61,486 nucleotides of DNA from Acidimicrobiales bacterium. Its GTDB lineage: Bacteria > Actinomycetota > Acidimicrobiia > Acidimicrobiales > Bog-793. Positions 38,818 to 50,487 of the stretch are shown here, piece after piece; within the stretch, counting starts at the first letter, position 1; every line of letters begins with the position of its first letter. Both the position numbers and the translations under genes were made by a program. Location: NCBI GenBank assembly GCA_036510575.1, contig DATCDR010000115.1:1-61486 (forward strand), given 5' to 3'. Below the pieces are notes generated by a model. The model did no database searches. It was not told where the DNA came from and was given only the letters and a program-made list of their open reading frames with translations.

Positions 38818-39626
38818 TCGGAGCGCCGACAAAGATGAGCACTCCTTCGGATCTCGAGCAACGCAGCCTCGTCGTAGCCACGCTCGACACCGCGGTCACG
38901 GAGCCCTTCGGCACCTACGTATTCGCCTCCTCTGATCCCGCTGCGGAGATCGCGCGGGCGCTCGAACGTCGAGTCTTCCTAGACGCCTTCGGAAACACCA
39001 CAGAACTTTTGGCCGCGGAGTATGAGCGCTATGAACCCGCGAGCTTCTTCGTCTGCGTCATCGACCACCGCCGGATGGTCTGCGCGGCGATGATGCGGGT
39101 CATCGTCCCTGTCGAAAACGGTCCCGGCTTAAAGAGCCTCCGCGACGTGAAGCCGACCTGGGGCGAGTCGGCAGAGGATCTCCTCGCGGCCTCCGGGGTT
39201 CTGCTCGACGCCAAGCAGACCTGGGACCTTGCCACGCTCGCAGTTGATCGTGAGTATCGAAGCGGAGCGGCACTCGGCCTCATGCACATCGGCCTCTACC
39301 AAGCGGTGGCACGGCTCGCGAGGCACTTCGAGGTGTCGTGGCTCGTCGCCATCTTGGACTACCCGGTCTACCGACTTATCCGCACACAGCTCCGGAGAAT
39401 CTTCGTCGCCTACGGTGATGAGCGGTCCTATCTCGGATCCGCGCGAAGCGTGCCGGCGTACTGCCCGATACGAGACGCCGAACGCGAGGCCGCCGTGGCG
39501 GGCTCGAGCCTTCACGAATTGATCTACGTCGGCTCGGCGATCAAAGAGGCACTCCGCCAGATCGAGCTCGAACCGGCTATCGATGCGGTGCAGTCACTCT
39601 TTGACGAAGCAGCGGCGCCTAGGTGA
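38814..39626 (+). CDS. LuxI/FeeM-like N-acyltransferase-fold protein (GNAT superfamily), function unknown
   Basis: 270 aa. The pattern R.VF.D.F......L..EYERYE..SFF.CVID......CAAMMRVI ... WDLATLAVDREYR ... WLVAILDYPVYRLIR resembles autoinducer-synthase / N-acyl amino acid synthase families. TTG 38814 overlaps the upstream stop; an alternative ATG lies at 38835. Confidence 0.45.
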   Translation: MIGAPTKMSTPSDLEQRSLVVATLDTAVTEPFGTYVFASSDPAAEIARALERRVFLDAFGNTTELLAAEYERYEPASFFVCVIDHRRMVCAAMMRVIVPVENGPGLKSLRDVKPTWGESAEDLLAASGVLLDAKQTWDLATLAVDREYRSGAALGLMHIGLYQAVARLARHFEVSWLVAILDYPVYRLIRTQLRRIFVAYGDERSYLGSARSVPAYCPIRDAEREAAVAGSSLHELIYVGSAIKEALRQIELEPAIDAVQSLFDEAAAPR

Positions 39627-39656
39627 TGCCGAGGGCCGCAGTCCCCGGGAGCGCGA

Positions 39657-42110
39657 TCAGGCGATGTGGCCGATGCGCGTGATCGATGCCAACGGGAGGA
39701 CTTCTTCGACCTCAGCGCTCTCTCGGGCGTCTCGCTGCAGCAGGGCGAGACGATGCGGCGTCGAGAGCAAGTTGAGGGCGTCAAGCAGCTGATCTACCCT
39801 CGTCGGTCGGGCGTACATGTAGCCCTGGGCTACCTCACAGCCGATGTTTTGCAACCTGCTCGCCTGGTCTACCGTCTCGACGCCCTCAGCGACCGTCCGG
39901 ATGCCGAGCGCATTTGCCATGGCGACGATCGCCGCGACGAGCGACTCCGACGCGGTATCACTCTCGTTTAAGGGCTCGACGAAACTCCGGTCGATCTTCA
40001 ACACGTCAAAGGGCATGCGTTGGAGATAAGAGAGCGAGGAGTACTCGGTGCCGAAATCATCGATAGCGAGCGTGATGCCCAAGCGGCGAAGGCCGATCAG
40101 CGTGCCGATCGCGGACTCGGAGTCCTTCATGATCTCCGACTCGGTCAGTTCCAGGCAAAGCGCCGAGGCAGGAAGGCCGTGCGCGGCGAGCATGCGGCCC
40201 GCACGCTGCACCAAGAGCCCGTCGAAGAGCTGGTTGACAGAGAGGTTGACGCTCACCGTCAGGTGATTCATGTGCGGCATCTTCCGGCAGATAGCGAGCT
40301 GATGGAGCGCCTCGTCGAGAACCCAGGTGCCGATCTCGTTAATCAGGTCGCTCTCGCTCGCAATCGGGATGAAGCGCTCCGGCATGATGATGCCAAGCGT
40401 CGGGTGCAGCCACCGAACGAGCGCTTCCATACCGAGTACCTGCTGGTCGCTCATCGCGACGATCGGCTGGTACACAACGAACAGTTCGCCCTTGCGGACG
40501 GCGTGGCGAAGGTCGCGCTCGAGCTCGACTCGCTCGCTGACCTTGAGGCTCATCGAGTCTTCGAAGACTGCCACGGCGTCCCGCCCTCCCTCTTTTGCCT
40601 GGTACATGGCTGTATCGGCATCGCGGATCAAATGCTCAACCCCATTCATGATGTCGCCAGGTCGCGCGAACGCGAGCCCGATGCTCGCCGAGACCACAAA
40701 CTCGATATTGCTCACGATGAACGGTGTTCGGAGGCTGCGACGGAGACGGTTCGCGAACTCCCGTGCCATCTCTACGGTGATCGACTCGCCGAGCACGATC
40801 AAGAACTCGTCACCACCGATACGGGTGACGAGGTCGCTCGGACGGACGTTGGCCTGCAATCGACGAGCTACTTGGATGAGCAGCGCGTCGCCGTGCGCGT
40901 GGCCGAGGGTGTCATTGATCAGCTTGAACCGGTCGAGGTCGAGAAAGAGCACACCTACCGTCGCCTGGTCGGTTGGCATCGTGGCCATCGCCTGCCCGAG
41001 GTACTGCTCCATGAATCGACGATTCGGGAGCCCCGTAAGCGCATCATGGGAGGCCTGGTAACGAAGCTTCGACTCGGACTTCTCGACGTCATAGAGCGCA
41101 CGGACGATCTGGAGGATCGCCATCCCGCTCAGTAACACGACGGTGACAAAGACCCCGATCCTTGTTGCGAATCGCTCCTCTTGTACCTGCAACAGCAAGA
41201 TCGCCGGCGTACCGAGACCGATCGCGACCAGGCCGACCCGAAGGGCTGACCAGTGCGACTGACTCTCGCGACCAGGAAGCGTCAAGGTCTTGGCGGAGGG
41301 GTCGAGCACGCCGCCGATGGCCGCGGTGTACGAGACGATGTAAGGGACGTTGATCCACAGACTCGTCGACGCGATCACGTGGATCTCCGCCAGCATGTAG
41401 AGCATGTCGCCGGCGCACAGCCCCGTCATCGCGATCAACAAGAAGCGCTCTGCTTCGGACCTGCGATGAACGGTGAGGAAGGCGATCTGGAAGGTGACGA
41501 TCAGCAAGAACGCCGACATCGCCGGATAGCTGACGAGAATCACTCGGATCGAGAGCGGCGTCCCGCGGTGGCGAAGGACCGGCTCGATCAGGTACACCCA
41601 TGAGCACGCGAGCAGCGCCAGCGCGGCGATCACACCGTCGTAGACGATCCCGTAGCGACGCTGCAGGGCGCGTGAGCGCGCAACGACGAAGCCGCAGAGC
41701 CCGAGGCCTACGAATATGTATCCGGGAAGGGCGAGCAGATCGGGGATGATGCTGCGGTGCACGGTCAAGTTGCCGAGCGTGTTGAAGTGCGCGCGTGCCA
41801 CGCCGTCCGCGAAAAAGAGCGTGAAGCCGCACACGAGCGAGATCCATGGCCACATCGGTCGCGCGCGGTGCCGGACCATACCGACGACGGTCGCTACGGG
41901 AGCTCCAAGGGCGAGCACGCCGAGTACGGCGGTGTTGGTGACCTTGATCAGTCCTAGAACGACCGCCGCGAGCCCGATGCCGACAAGGACACGCCGTCGG
42001 CGATGAAGGCTCGGGGGAGCCTCGGGGGCCACTGCATCGAGCAGCTGGGAGACCTCGAGCTCCGGGTCGAGCAGGTGGGAGTTCATCTTGTCTGCTAACG
42101 GATGTCCCAC
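39657..42110 (-). CDS. Membrane-bound GGDEF-EAL protein (multi-TM sensor + diguanylate cyclase + phosphodiesterase domains)
   Basis: About 8-9 N-terminal TM segments; canonical DALTGLPNRR...FLDLDRFKLINDTLGH..GD...RIGGDEFLIVL; EAL domain VYQPIV...GMEALVRW..., ELTES, DDFGTEYSSLSYL, LKIDRSFV. Confidence 0.92.
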   Translation of the reverse strand: MGHPLADKMNSHLLDPELEVSQLLDAVAPEAPPSLHRRRRVLVGIGLAAVVLGLIKVTNTAVLGVLALGAPVATVVGMVRHRARPMWPWISLVCGFTLFFADGVARAHFNTLGNLTVHRSIIPDLLALPGYIFVGLGLCGFVVARSRALQRRYGIVYDGVIAALALLACSWVYLIEPVLRHRGTPLSIRVILVSYPAMSAFLLIVTFQIAFLTVHRRSEAERFLLIAMTGLCAGDMLYMLAEIHVIASTSLWINVPYIVSYTAAIGGVLDPSAKTLTLPGRESQSHWSALRVGLVAIGLGTPAILLLQVQEERFATRIGVFVTVVLLSGMAILQIVRALYDVEKSESKLRYQASHDALTGLPNRRFMEQYLGQAMATMPTDQATVGVLFLDLDRFKLINDTLGHAHGDALLIQVARRLQANVRPSDLVTRIGGDEFLIVLGESITVEMAREFANRLRRSLRTPFIVSNIEFVVSASIGLAFARPGDIMNGVEHLIRDADTAMYQAKEGGRDAVAVFEDSMSLKVSERVELERDLRHAVRKGELFVVYQPIVAMSDQQVLGMEALVRWLHPTLGIIMPERFIPIASESDLINEIGTWVLDEALHQLAICRKMPHMNHLTVSVNLSVNQLFDGLLVQRAGRMLAAHGLPASALCLELTESEIMKDSESAIGTLIGLRRLGITLAIDDFGTEYSSLSYLQRMPFDVLKIDRSFVEPLNESDTASESLVAAIVAMANALGIRTVAEGVETVDQASRLQNIGCEVAQGYMYARPTRVDQLLDALNLLSTPHRLALLQRDARESAEVEEVLPLASITRIGHIA

Positions 42111-42291
42111 ATCCGTTATTGAGCTATTTCTCAGGGCGAACGAGCCGGCTCGCCCATACCCTGACCTGGTCCCCCAAGCGGTGTGCCCGATCGGCGGTTC
42201 TGGCCGATCAGAGAAGCGCTCGCGGGCATATCCGCGCTCACACGAGTTCCCCCGATAGCAGTGAGCGACGCCGCGTCGGCGGCAGAAGCGA

Positions 42292-43143
42292 CTAGAGCGA
42301 GAGCACCTCTTCGCGACCTGCGGCCACGGCCGAGCGCTCGGCGGTCACCGTGACCAGCCCGAAGGCCCGAAGCACTTGGATGACCCTCCAACCGAGGTCG
42401 AATCGGCGACTGATCTGTGCCACCTGGGGATGCAGATGATGCGACAGGTGCTCGCCCTCCCCGAAGATCAAGATGGAGAGCGCTTTGACGTTCACCGCGT
42501 ACCCGGCACCTTCGGTCAACACCTTGGAGCGATGGCAGTCCGAGTTGATCGCACCGCCGAATCTCAGCATCACCATGATGTGGACGCCAAGTGCGAGGAC
42601 GCCGGCGACAAGACAGACCAGCTCGACGCCGACGCTTCGCTGCATCCCCGTGATGGCGGGCGCGAAGATCCCAAAGAGCGCTGCGTAGACGATCCCAGTG
42701 ATAGTCGCACCGAGGACTGGCCGATTGAACAGCACCTGGTCGAGCCGGTCGAGTGGTCGATCGATCGAGAGCTCGTAGGTGTCGTCTCGAATGTCGGGAA
42801 GCTTGGCTTCGGCATGGAACAGTGCCGCCATATGCCAAGAGACACGTCGAAAGCCGTCGATCTGCTCACGCTCGCTGATCACGATCGGCGAGTGCGGATC
42901 GTGACGGATCTCGTCGATCCACTGGTCGGTGTAGAGGTGATGCTTCCTGTGCACTCGCCGCCACTCCCAGTGACGCATGAAGGTGGTGAACCATGCCATC
43001 CAACGGCCAACCTCATAGACGGGCCTCGACATCCGGATGGATCCGTGCGTGATCCCTCGGTGCAAGAACACCGTGATGGTTACGCCAGAGAGCCCTGCGC
43101 CGATGAGGCCGGCTAAAACCGTCAGACCTAGAAGCAAAAGCAT
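42292..43143 (-). CDS. Acyl-CoA / fatty-acid desaturase (membrane di-iron, delta-9-like)
   Basis: His boxes HRGITH, HRKHH and HLSHHLH, with TM segments. ATG 43143 is chosen; the ORF-track extension to 43578 is Arg/Pro-rich and non-coding-like. Confidence 0.8.
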   Translation of the reverse strand: MLLLLGLTVLAGLIGAGLSGVTITVFLHRGITHGSIRMSRPVYEVGRWMAWFTTFMRHWEWRRVHRKHHLYTDQWIDEIRHDPHSPIVISEREQIDGFRRVSWHMAALFHAEAKLPDIRDDTYELSIDRPLDRLDQVLFNRPVLGATITGIVYAALFGIFAPAITGMQRSVGVELVCLVAGVLALGVHIMVMLRFGGAINSDCHRSKVLTEGAGYAVNVKALSILIFGEGEHLSHHLHPQVAQISRRFDLGWRVIQVLRAFGLVTVTAERSAVAAGREEVLSL

Positions 43144-43347
43144 GTAGGGATCATCGCGCACGAACAGGGACTTTGGCGACGAGCACGAGATCTGCACCGG
43201 AGTGACCGTCGCATCTGCCGCGCTTTCGCTCAAAGACCTGACGACCCGCGGCGAGACATTCGGGGGCTTTGTTCGACTGTCGCCCAGCGGTGCGCCGGCT
43301 CTAGGATGCCTGCGTACAGGATCTGCCCCACAAGGAGGGTCTTTCAG

Positions 43348-44619
43348 GTGTCTGAAAGCGTCACGATTACCGACAACCGCACCGGAGAACAGATCGACAT
43401 TCCGATCATCAACGGGGGCGTGAGCGCCGCTGACTGGTCGAAGGTTCTCCCTGGCGTGTGGTTCTACGACCCCGCCTTTGGCGCTACTGCGGAGTGTGAG
43501 TCCTCGATCACCCTGGTCGACGGGGACGAGGGCATCCTTCGCTACCGCGGATACCCGATCGAGCAGCTCGCCGAGCACTCGAGCTACCTCGAGGTTGCCT
43601 ACCTTCTCCTAAATGGTGAGCTGCCGAACCAGGTAGAGCTCGACAAATGGACCGACGAGATCACGCATCACACCTTCATCCACGAAAACGTTCGCAAACG
43701 ATTTCTTGACGGCTTCCACTACGACGCGCACCCGATGGGGATGATGGTTTCCGCCGTCGGCGCGCTCTCGACGTTCTACCCCGAAGCGAAGGACATCTTC
43801 GACCCGCAGAACCGTCACCGCCAGATCGTCCGTCTGATCGCGAAGATGCCGACGCTCGCGGCTGCGGCACACCGCTTCAGCGTCGGGATGCCCTTCGTCT
43901 ACCCCGACAACTCGCTCTCGTTCCCCGAGAACTTCCTCTCGATGATGAACAAGGTCGCCGAGCCCCGCTACGAGGCGGACCCGCGGCTCTCACATGCGAT
44001 GGACGTGCTCTTCATGCTGCACGCGGATCACGAGCAGAACTGCTCGACGACGACGATGCGGGTCGTGGGCTCGAGCCACGCCGATCCCTACTCCTCGACA
44101 GCGGCGGCTTGTGCGGCCCTTTATGGACCGCGCCACGGCGGCGCGAACGAAGAGGTGCTCAACATGTTGAACGCGATCGGATCGATCGAGAACGTCCCCG
44201 ACTTCATCAAGTCCGTAAAGGAGGGCAAGGGCCTCCTTTACGGATTCGGGCACCGGGTCTACAAGAACTACGACCCCAGGGCGAAGATCATCCAAAAGGT
44301 TGCCCACGAGGTATTCGAGGTCACTGGGAAGAACCCGCTGCTCGACATCGCCCTCGCGTTGGAGGAGGCAGCGCTCGCCGACGACTACTTCATCTCCCGG
44401 CGCCTCTACCCGAACGTCGACTTCTACTCCGGCATCATCTACCAGGCGATGGGCTTCCCGGTCGAGATGTTCCCGGTCCTGTTCGCAATTGCGCGCACCT
44501 CTGGCTGGCTGTCTCACTGGCAGGAGTCACTCGAGCAAAAGGCGCGGATCGCCCGACCTCGCCAGATCTACACCGGCGAAGGCGAGCGCGCCTACGTGCC
44601 ACTCGGCGCACGGGCGTAG
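43348..44619 (+). CDS. gltA: Citrate synthase (type II)
   Basis: GILRYRGYPIEQL..., HADHEQN.ST.T, GP.HGGANE, GFGHRVYKNYDPRA, DFYSGIIY. GTG 43348 is preceded by AAGGAGGG. Confidence 0.95.
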   Translation: MSESVTITDNRTGEQIDIPIINGGVSAADWSKVLPGVWFYDPAFGATAECESSITLVDGDEGILRYRGYPIEQLAEHSSYLEVAYLLLNGELPNQVELDKWTDEITHHTFIHENVRKRFLDGFHYDAHPMGMMVSAVGALSTFYPEAKDIFDPQNRHRQIVRLIAKMPTLAAAAHRFSVGMPFVYPDNSLSFPENFLSMMNKVAEPRYEADPRLSHAMDVLFMLHADHEQNCSTTTMRVVGSSHADPYSSTAAACAALYGPRHGGANEEVLNMLNAIGSIENVPDFIKSVKEGKGLLYGFGHRVYKNYDPRAKIIQKVAHEVFEVTGKNPLLDIALALEEAALADDYFISRRLYPNVDFYSGIIYQAMGFPVEMFPVLFAIARTSGWLSHWQESLEQKARIARPRQIYTGEGERAYVPLGARA

Positions 44620-44718
44620 CCACAACGACACGGAAACGGACGCGGCGGCGCGGCGACCGAGCTGGCTCGGCGTCGCAGACGCGCCCGGCTAGAAACTCGT
44701 AAGGAACAAGGAGCACAG

Positions 44719-45102
44719 ATGAGTGATTTTCCTGAGTCGCATCACGACCTCCTCGAGGCCTCGACCGCGATCCTCTCGACCGTCGGCAACAGCGGTATCC
44801 CGCAGACGACGGCGATCTGGTTCCTCTACGACGATGGCGAGCTGCACTCATGGCTAAGCGACGCCCGCCAGAAGGTGAAGAACCTTCTCGAACGGCCTGA
44901 GTTCAGCCTCTTCATCCTCGATCTGGCGAACCCACAGCGCTACCTCGTCGTCCGCGGACGAGCGACGCTCGCGCCAGACGTCGACTGCGTCTTTGGCGAC
45001 AAGATGGGGAAGAAGTACGGACACGACATGCGCTCGATGCTGCGTGACGACGAGATCCGCTACGACGTCACCTTCAATCCGGTGAGCATCGCGGTCCGTT
45101 AG
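44719..45102 (+). CDS. PPOX-class (pyridoxamine 5'-phosphate oxidase-like) probable F420-dependent protein
   Basis: 127 aa: HHDLLEASTAILSTVGNSGIPQTTAIWFLYDDGEL...VRGRATL, typical of the split-barrel PPOX family. Confidence 0.6.
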   Translation: MSDFPESHHDLLEASTAILSTVGNSGIPQTTAIWFLYDDGELHSWLSDARQKVKNLLERPEFSLFILDLANPQRYLVVRGRATLAPDVDCVFGDKMGKKYGHDMRSMLRDDEIRYDVTFNPVSIAVR

Positions 45103-45135
45103 CCAATCGGGCGCCGGAGTTCGGCCGGCGCGTGA

Positions 45136-46002
45136 CTACCTGTTTGGCGACAGATCCCGACCGGCGGCGGCGAGTCGCCGAGCACGGCTGACGGCGAAGC
45201 AGGCGACAGCACCTGCTGCAGAGACGTTCAGCGACTCCACCGGTCCAGCGAGCTCGATCCTTGCAACGACGTCGCATCGCGCTCGAGCGAGGCTCGAGAG
45301 TCCTGACCCTTCGGCACCGAGCACGAGCGCTACCGGCTCGGTCAGCACTTGGACGCCGTCGAGGTCGACGTCGCCGTCGGCGTCGAGGCCGACGCTCCAG
45401 ACCTTTAGCCGCGACAGTCGCTCGAGCGCGCTCGGAATCCCAGGAACGAGAGCGATATCGAGGTGCTCGATGGCACCAGCCGCCGCCTTGGCGACCGTCG
45501 GCGTGACGTGGGCCGAGCGGTGCTTGGGCAATACGATCCCGGTGACACCGGCGCCGAGCGCGCTTCTGAGGACTGCGCCGAGATTGTGCGGGTCCGTGAC
45601 CCCGTCGAGCACCAGCAAAAAGGCAGGTGCGGCCTGTTCGCCGAGCAGGTCGTCGAGCGAAACGGGTTCGAGTGCATCAGCCCGGGCGATCACGCCCTGG
45701 TGAACTTCGCTTCGTGCCAAGTCGTCGAGCTCATACGCACGAACGGTCCGCACCGACACCCGCTGCTCCCTGGCGAGCTCGAGGATCTCATCGAGCACGG
45801 GTGAGTTGTCGAGGTCGGCCTGCATGAAGAGCTCGTTTGTCCGACGTCGCTCCACGCTCAAGAGCTCGCGGACCGCGTTCCTGCCCTCGATCTGATCGCC
45901 ACCGAGCGCGCTCGCGCCCTCCGAACCTGAACGTTCGCGCCGAGGCGGGCGGGCGAAGGGGTCTCGGCTGTGGCTGACCTGACGCCGCTTGGCGGGAGTC
46001 AC
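45136..46002 (-). CDS. rlmB: 23S rRNA (guanosine-2'-O)-methyltransferase RlmB-like (SpoU/TrmH family)
   Basis: Basic N-terminal tail, IEGRNAVRELL, LDGVTDPHNLGAVLRSA...G..G...P, LVLGAEG.GLS, ESLNVSAA. GTG 46002 overlaps the ispF stop (GTGA); the ORF track extends to 46260 inside ispF. Confidence 0.85.
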   Translation of the reverse strand: MTPAKRRQVSHSRDPFARPPRRERSGSEGASALGGDQIEGRNAVRELLSVERRRTNELFMQADLDNSPVLDEILELAREQRVSVRTVRAYELDDLARSEVHQGVIARADALEPVSLDDLLGEQAAPAFLLVLDGVTDPHNLGAVLRSALGAGVTGIVLPKHRSAHVTPTVAKAAAGAIEHLDIALVPGIPSALERLSRLKVWSVGLDADGDVDLDGVQVLTEPVALVLGAEGSGLSSLARARCDVVARIELAGPVESLNVSAAGAVACFAVSRARRLAAAGRDLSPNR

Positions 46003-46478
46003 GACTCGAGCAGCGCGACCGCCATGCAAGCGATGCCCTCCACGCGGCCGAGGCTGCCGAGACCCTCTGGTCGCGTCGCTTTGACATGCACCGGGGCGCC
46101 GACAACGGAGGTAAGGCGGGCGATCATCTCGTCCCGGAACGGGGCGATCTTTGGACGCTCGGCGAGAATCGTGCAGTCGGCGTTGGTTGGTCGATAGCCC
46201 TCGACGCGCGCCAGGCTCACGCACGCGGCGAGAATCGTCAGGCTGTCGGCATCCTTCCACCGCTCGTCGTTATCTGGAAAGTGCATTCCGAGGTCGCCGA
46301 GTCCAACCGCGCCGAGAATCGCATCCGCGATTGCGTGCGCGACCACGTCGGCATCGGAGTGGCCAGCAAGGGGCCGCTCACCGGCGAAGACGACGCCACC
46401 GAGGATCAGCTTTCGTGAACCTGCGTCGTCTGAGGAGAAGGGATGGACGTCGAAGCCGAAACCGACCCTGGAAGTCAT
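45999..46478 (-). CDS. ispF: 2-C-methyl-D-erythritol 2,4-cyclodiphosphate synthase
   Basis: VGFGFDVHPF...LGGV...GHSDADVVAHAIADAILGAVGLGDLGMHFP. Confidence 0.95.
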   Translation of the reverse strand: MTSRVGFGFDVHPFSSDDAGSRKLILGGVVFAGERPLAGHSDADVVAHAIADAILGAVGLGDLGMHFPDNDERWKDADSLTILAACVSLARVEGYRPTNADCTILAERPKIAPFRDEMIARLTSVVGAPVHVKATRPEGLGSLGRVEGIACMAVALLES

Positions 46479-47128
46479 GAACCGGTCCCCTCGGCGACGA
46501 AGTGCTCGAACAGGTCGAGGTCGCCTGCGTCGGTCAGCTTTCGATTCGAGAGCTCCCCTTCGACGACGACCACCTCGAATCCCGCCGCTTCGAGCAGCGC
46601 CGCGTCGTCGGTCGCCGCCGCTTCGGATGCGTGCGCGCTGCGCAGCGCCTGAGCGCGAAAGGCCTGCGGAGTCTGCACCGCGACCAGCTCCTCGCGACGA
46701 AGCGTGGAGGTGACCAGGCCGTTCTCCACCCGTTTGATCGTGTCGAGCACGGGCACGCCGGGCACCGCCCCCGCATGGCCGGCCTGCACCGCGGCGATCA
46801 CCGTGCGGAAGAGATCTGGCGAGGCGAACGGACGTGCCGCGTCGTGGACGAGGATCACCTCGGCGTCACCTGGAACCGCGGCGAGCCCGGCCCGGACGCT
46901 CTCGGACCGCGAGGCCCCACCTGCGACCACCACGTCAGCGCCCGCGTGCACGCCGAGATCGGAGAGGCGATCAGCCGGCACCACGAGCACGAGACCGTCG
47001 GCTACAGACCTTGCCGCGGCTGTCGACCACTCAACGACGAGGCGCCCACCAAGTGATGCAAACTGCTTCTGGCGGCCGAAGCGTCGACCGTCACCTGCCG
47101 CGACGATTACCGCCCAGACCGTGCCCAA
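46475..47128 (-). CDS. ispD: 2-C-methyl-D-erythritol 4-phosphate cytidylyltransferase
   Basis: AVIVAAGDGRRFG..KQF..L, VHDAARPF, DTIK, TPQAF. Overlaps the ispF start by 4 nt. Confidence 0.93.
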   Translation of the reverse strand: MGTVWAVIVAAGDGRRFGRQKQFASLGGRLVVEWSTAAARSVADGLVLVVPADRLSDLGVHAGADVVVAGGASRSESVRAGLAAVPGDAEVILVHDAARPFASPDLFRTVIAAVQAGHAGAVPGVPVLDTIKRVENGLVTSTLRREELVAVQTPQAFRAQALRSAHASEAAATDDAALLEAAGFEVVVVEGELSNRKLTDAGDLDLFEHFVAEGTGS

Positions 47129-47143
47129 GAACGCGCTGCTCGG

Positions 47144-47620
47144 TTAGGGGAGCGCGGCGTTTAGCCGCTCCTCGGCTTCGTCTTCACTCACGCCGATAGC
47201 GAAAGTGAGCTCGGAGACGAGAATCTGGCGGGCGCGCGTCAACATGCGCTTCTCACCAGCGGAGAGCCCCTTGTCCTTGTCGCGGATGGAGAGGTTGCGA
47301 ACCACCTCGGCGACCTGGTAGATATCGCCGGACTTCAGCTTCTCGACGTGATTCTTGTAGCGACGCGACCAGTTGGTCGGCATCCGCGCTTCCTTCTTCC
47401 GAAGTACCGCGAAGACCTCCTCGACTTCCTCGTCGTTGATCACCTCACGCAGACCCACGTCCCCTGTGTTGTCCGCTGGAACCATCAAGGTGAGGTCGCC
47501 GTAGGCAAGGCGCAGCACAAGGTACTCGCGCTTTTCACCAAACGCCTCGCGCACCTCGCGCTTTTCCACGACGGCAGCACCGTGATGAGGGTAAACAACC
47601 TTGTCCCCGACGTCGAACAC
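47144..47620 (-). CDS. carD: CarD-family RNA polymerase-binding transcription regulator
   Basis: MFDVGDKVVYPHHGAAVVEKRE...EYLVLR...NWSRRYK.N.EK..SGD...AEVVRNL. Confidence 0.95.
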   Translation of the reverse strand: MFDVGDKVVYPHHGAAVVEKREVREAFGEKREYLVLRLAYGDLTLMVPADNTGDVGLREVINDEEVEEVFAVLRKKEARMPTNWSRRYKNHVEKLKSGDIYQVAEVVRNLSIRDKDKGLSAGEKRMLTRARQILVSELTFAIGVSEDEAEERLNAALP

Positions 47621-47854
47621 TCAGACTCCTCGAATTGCGAAGGGCGAACCACATAGAGCAATTCCCGCTCCAAGAGACGACATCGGACGACGTCGTTGCG
47701 CCCCTTATTCTACCGGACCCCGGCGCGCCACAAATACCAATGCTCAGCAGGGACGTTTGCTTGAACCAAGATTGCCGGGGGTTCGAGCACGAGCTTCGGC
47801 GTATCTAGGATCAAATTGTCAACTCGATGGCTTCACGGGCGAGCGCCCGACGCC

Positions 47855-50350
<2,496 letters not shown>

Positions 50351-50487
50351 TAAGACTCCCTCGTGGCCGTAGCTTCGTCTGCTCCACTCTATCGGCCGGA
50401 TACTCCCCTCCGCCGAGCAACCTCGCCAAATTCCTCTACGCGGCCCGGATTTCCTCCGCGTGCCGAGTCGCCTAACGTGCAGGATTA

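Noticed and set aside
43144-43578. Upstream extension of the desaturase ORF; likewise rlmB to 46260 and hpt to 59488
   Set aside because: The extensions are compositionally non-coding or overlap the neighbouring gene (ispF, tilS). Internal ATG or GTG starts give proteins of normal family length.
47776-47790. tRNA-like T-arm string GGGGGTTCGAGCAC in the carD-clpC intergenic region
   Set aside because: No acceptor stem, anticodon arm or D-arm can be drawn around it. It is not a tRNA.
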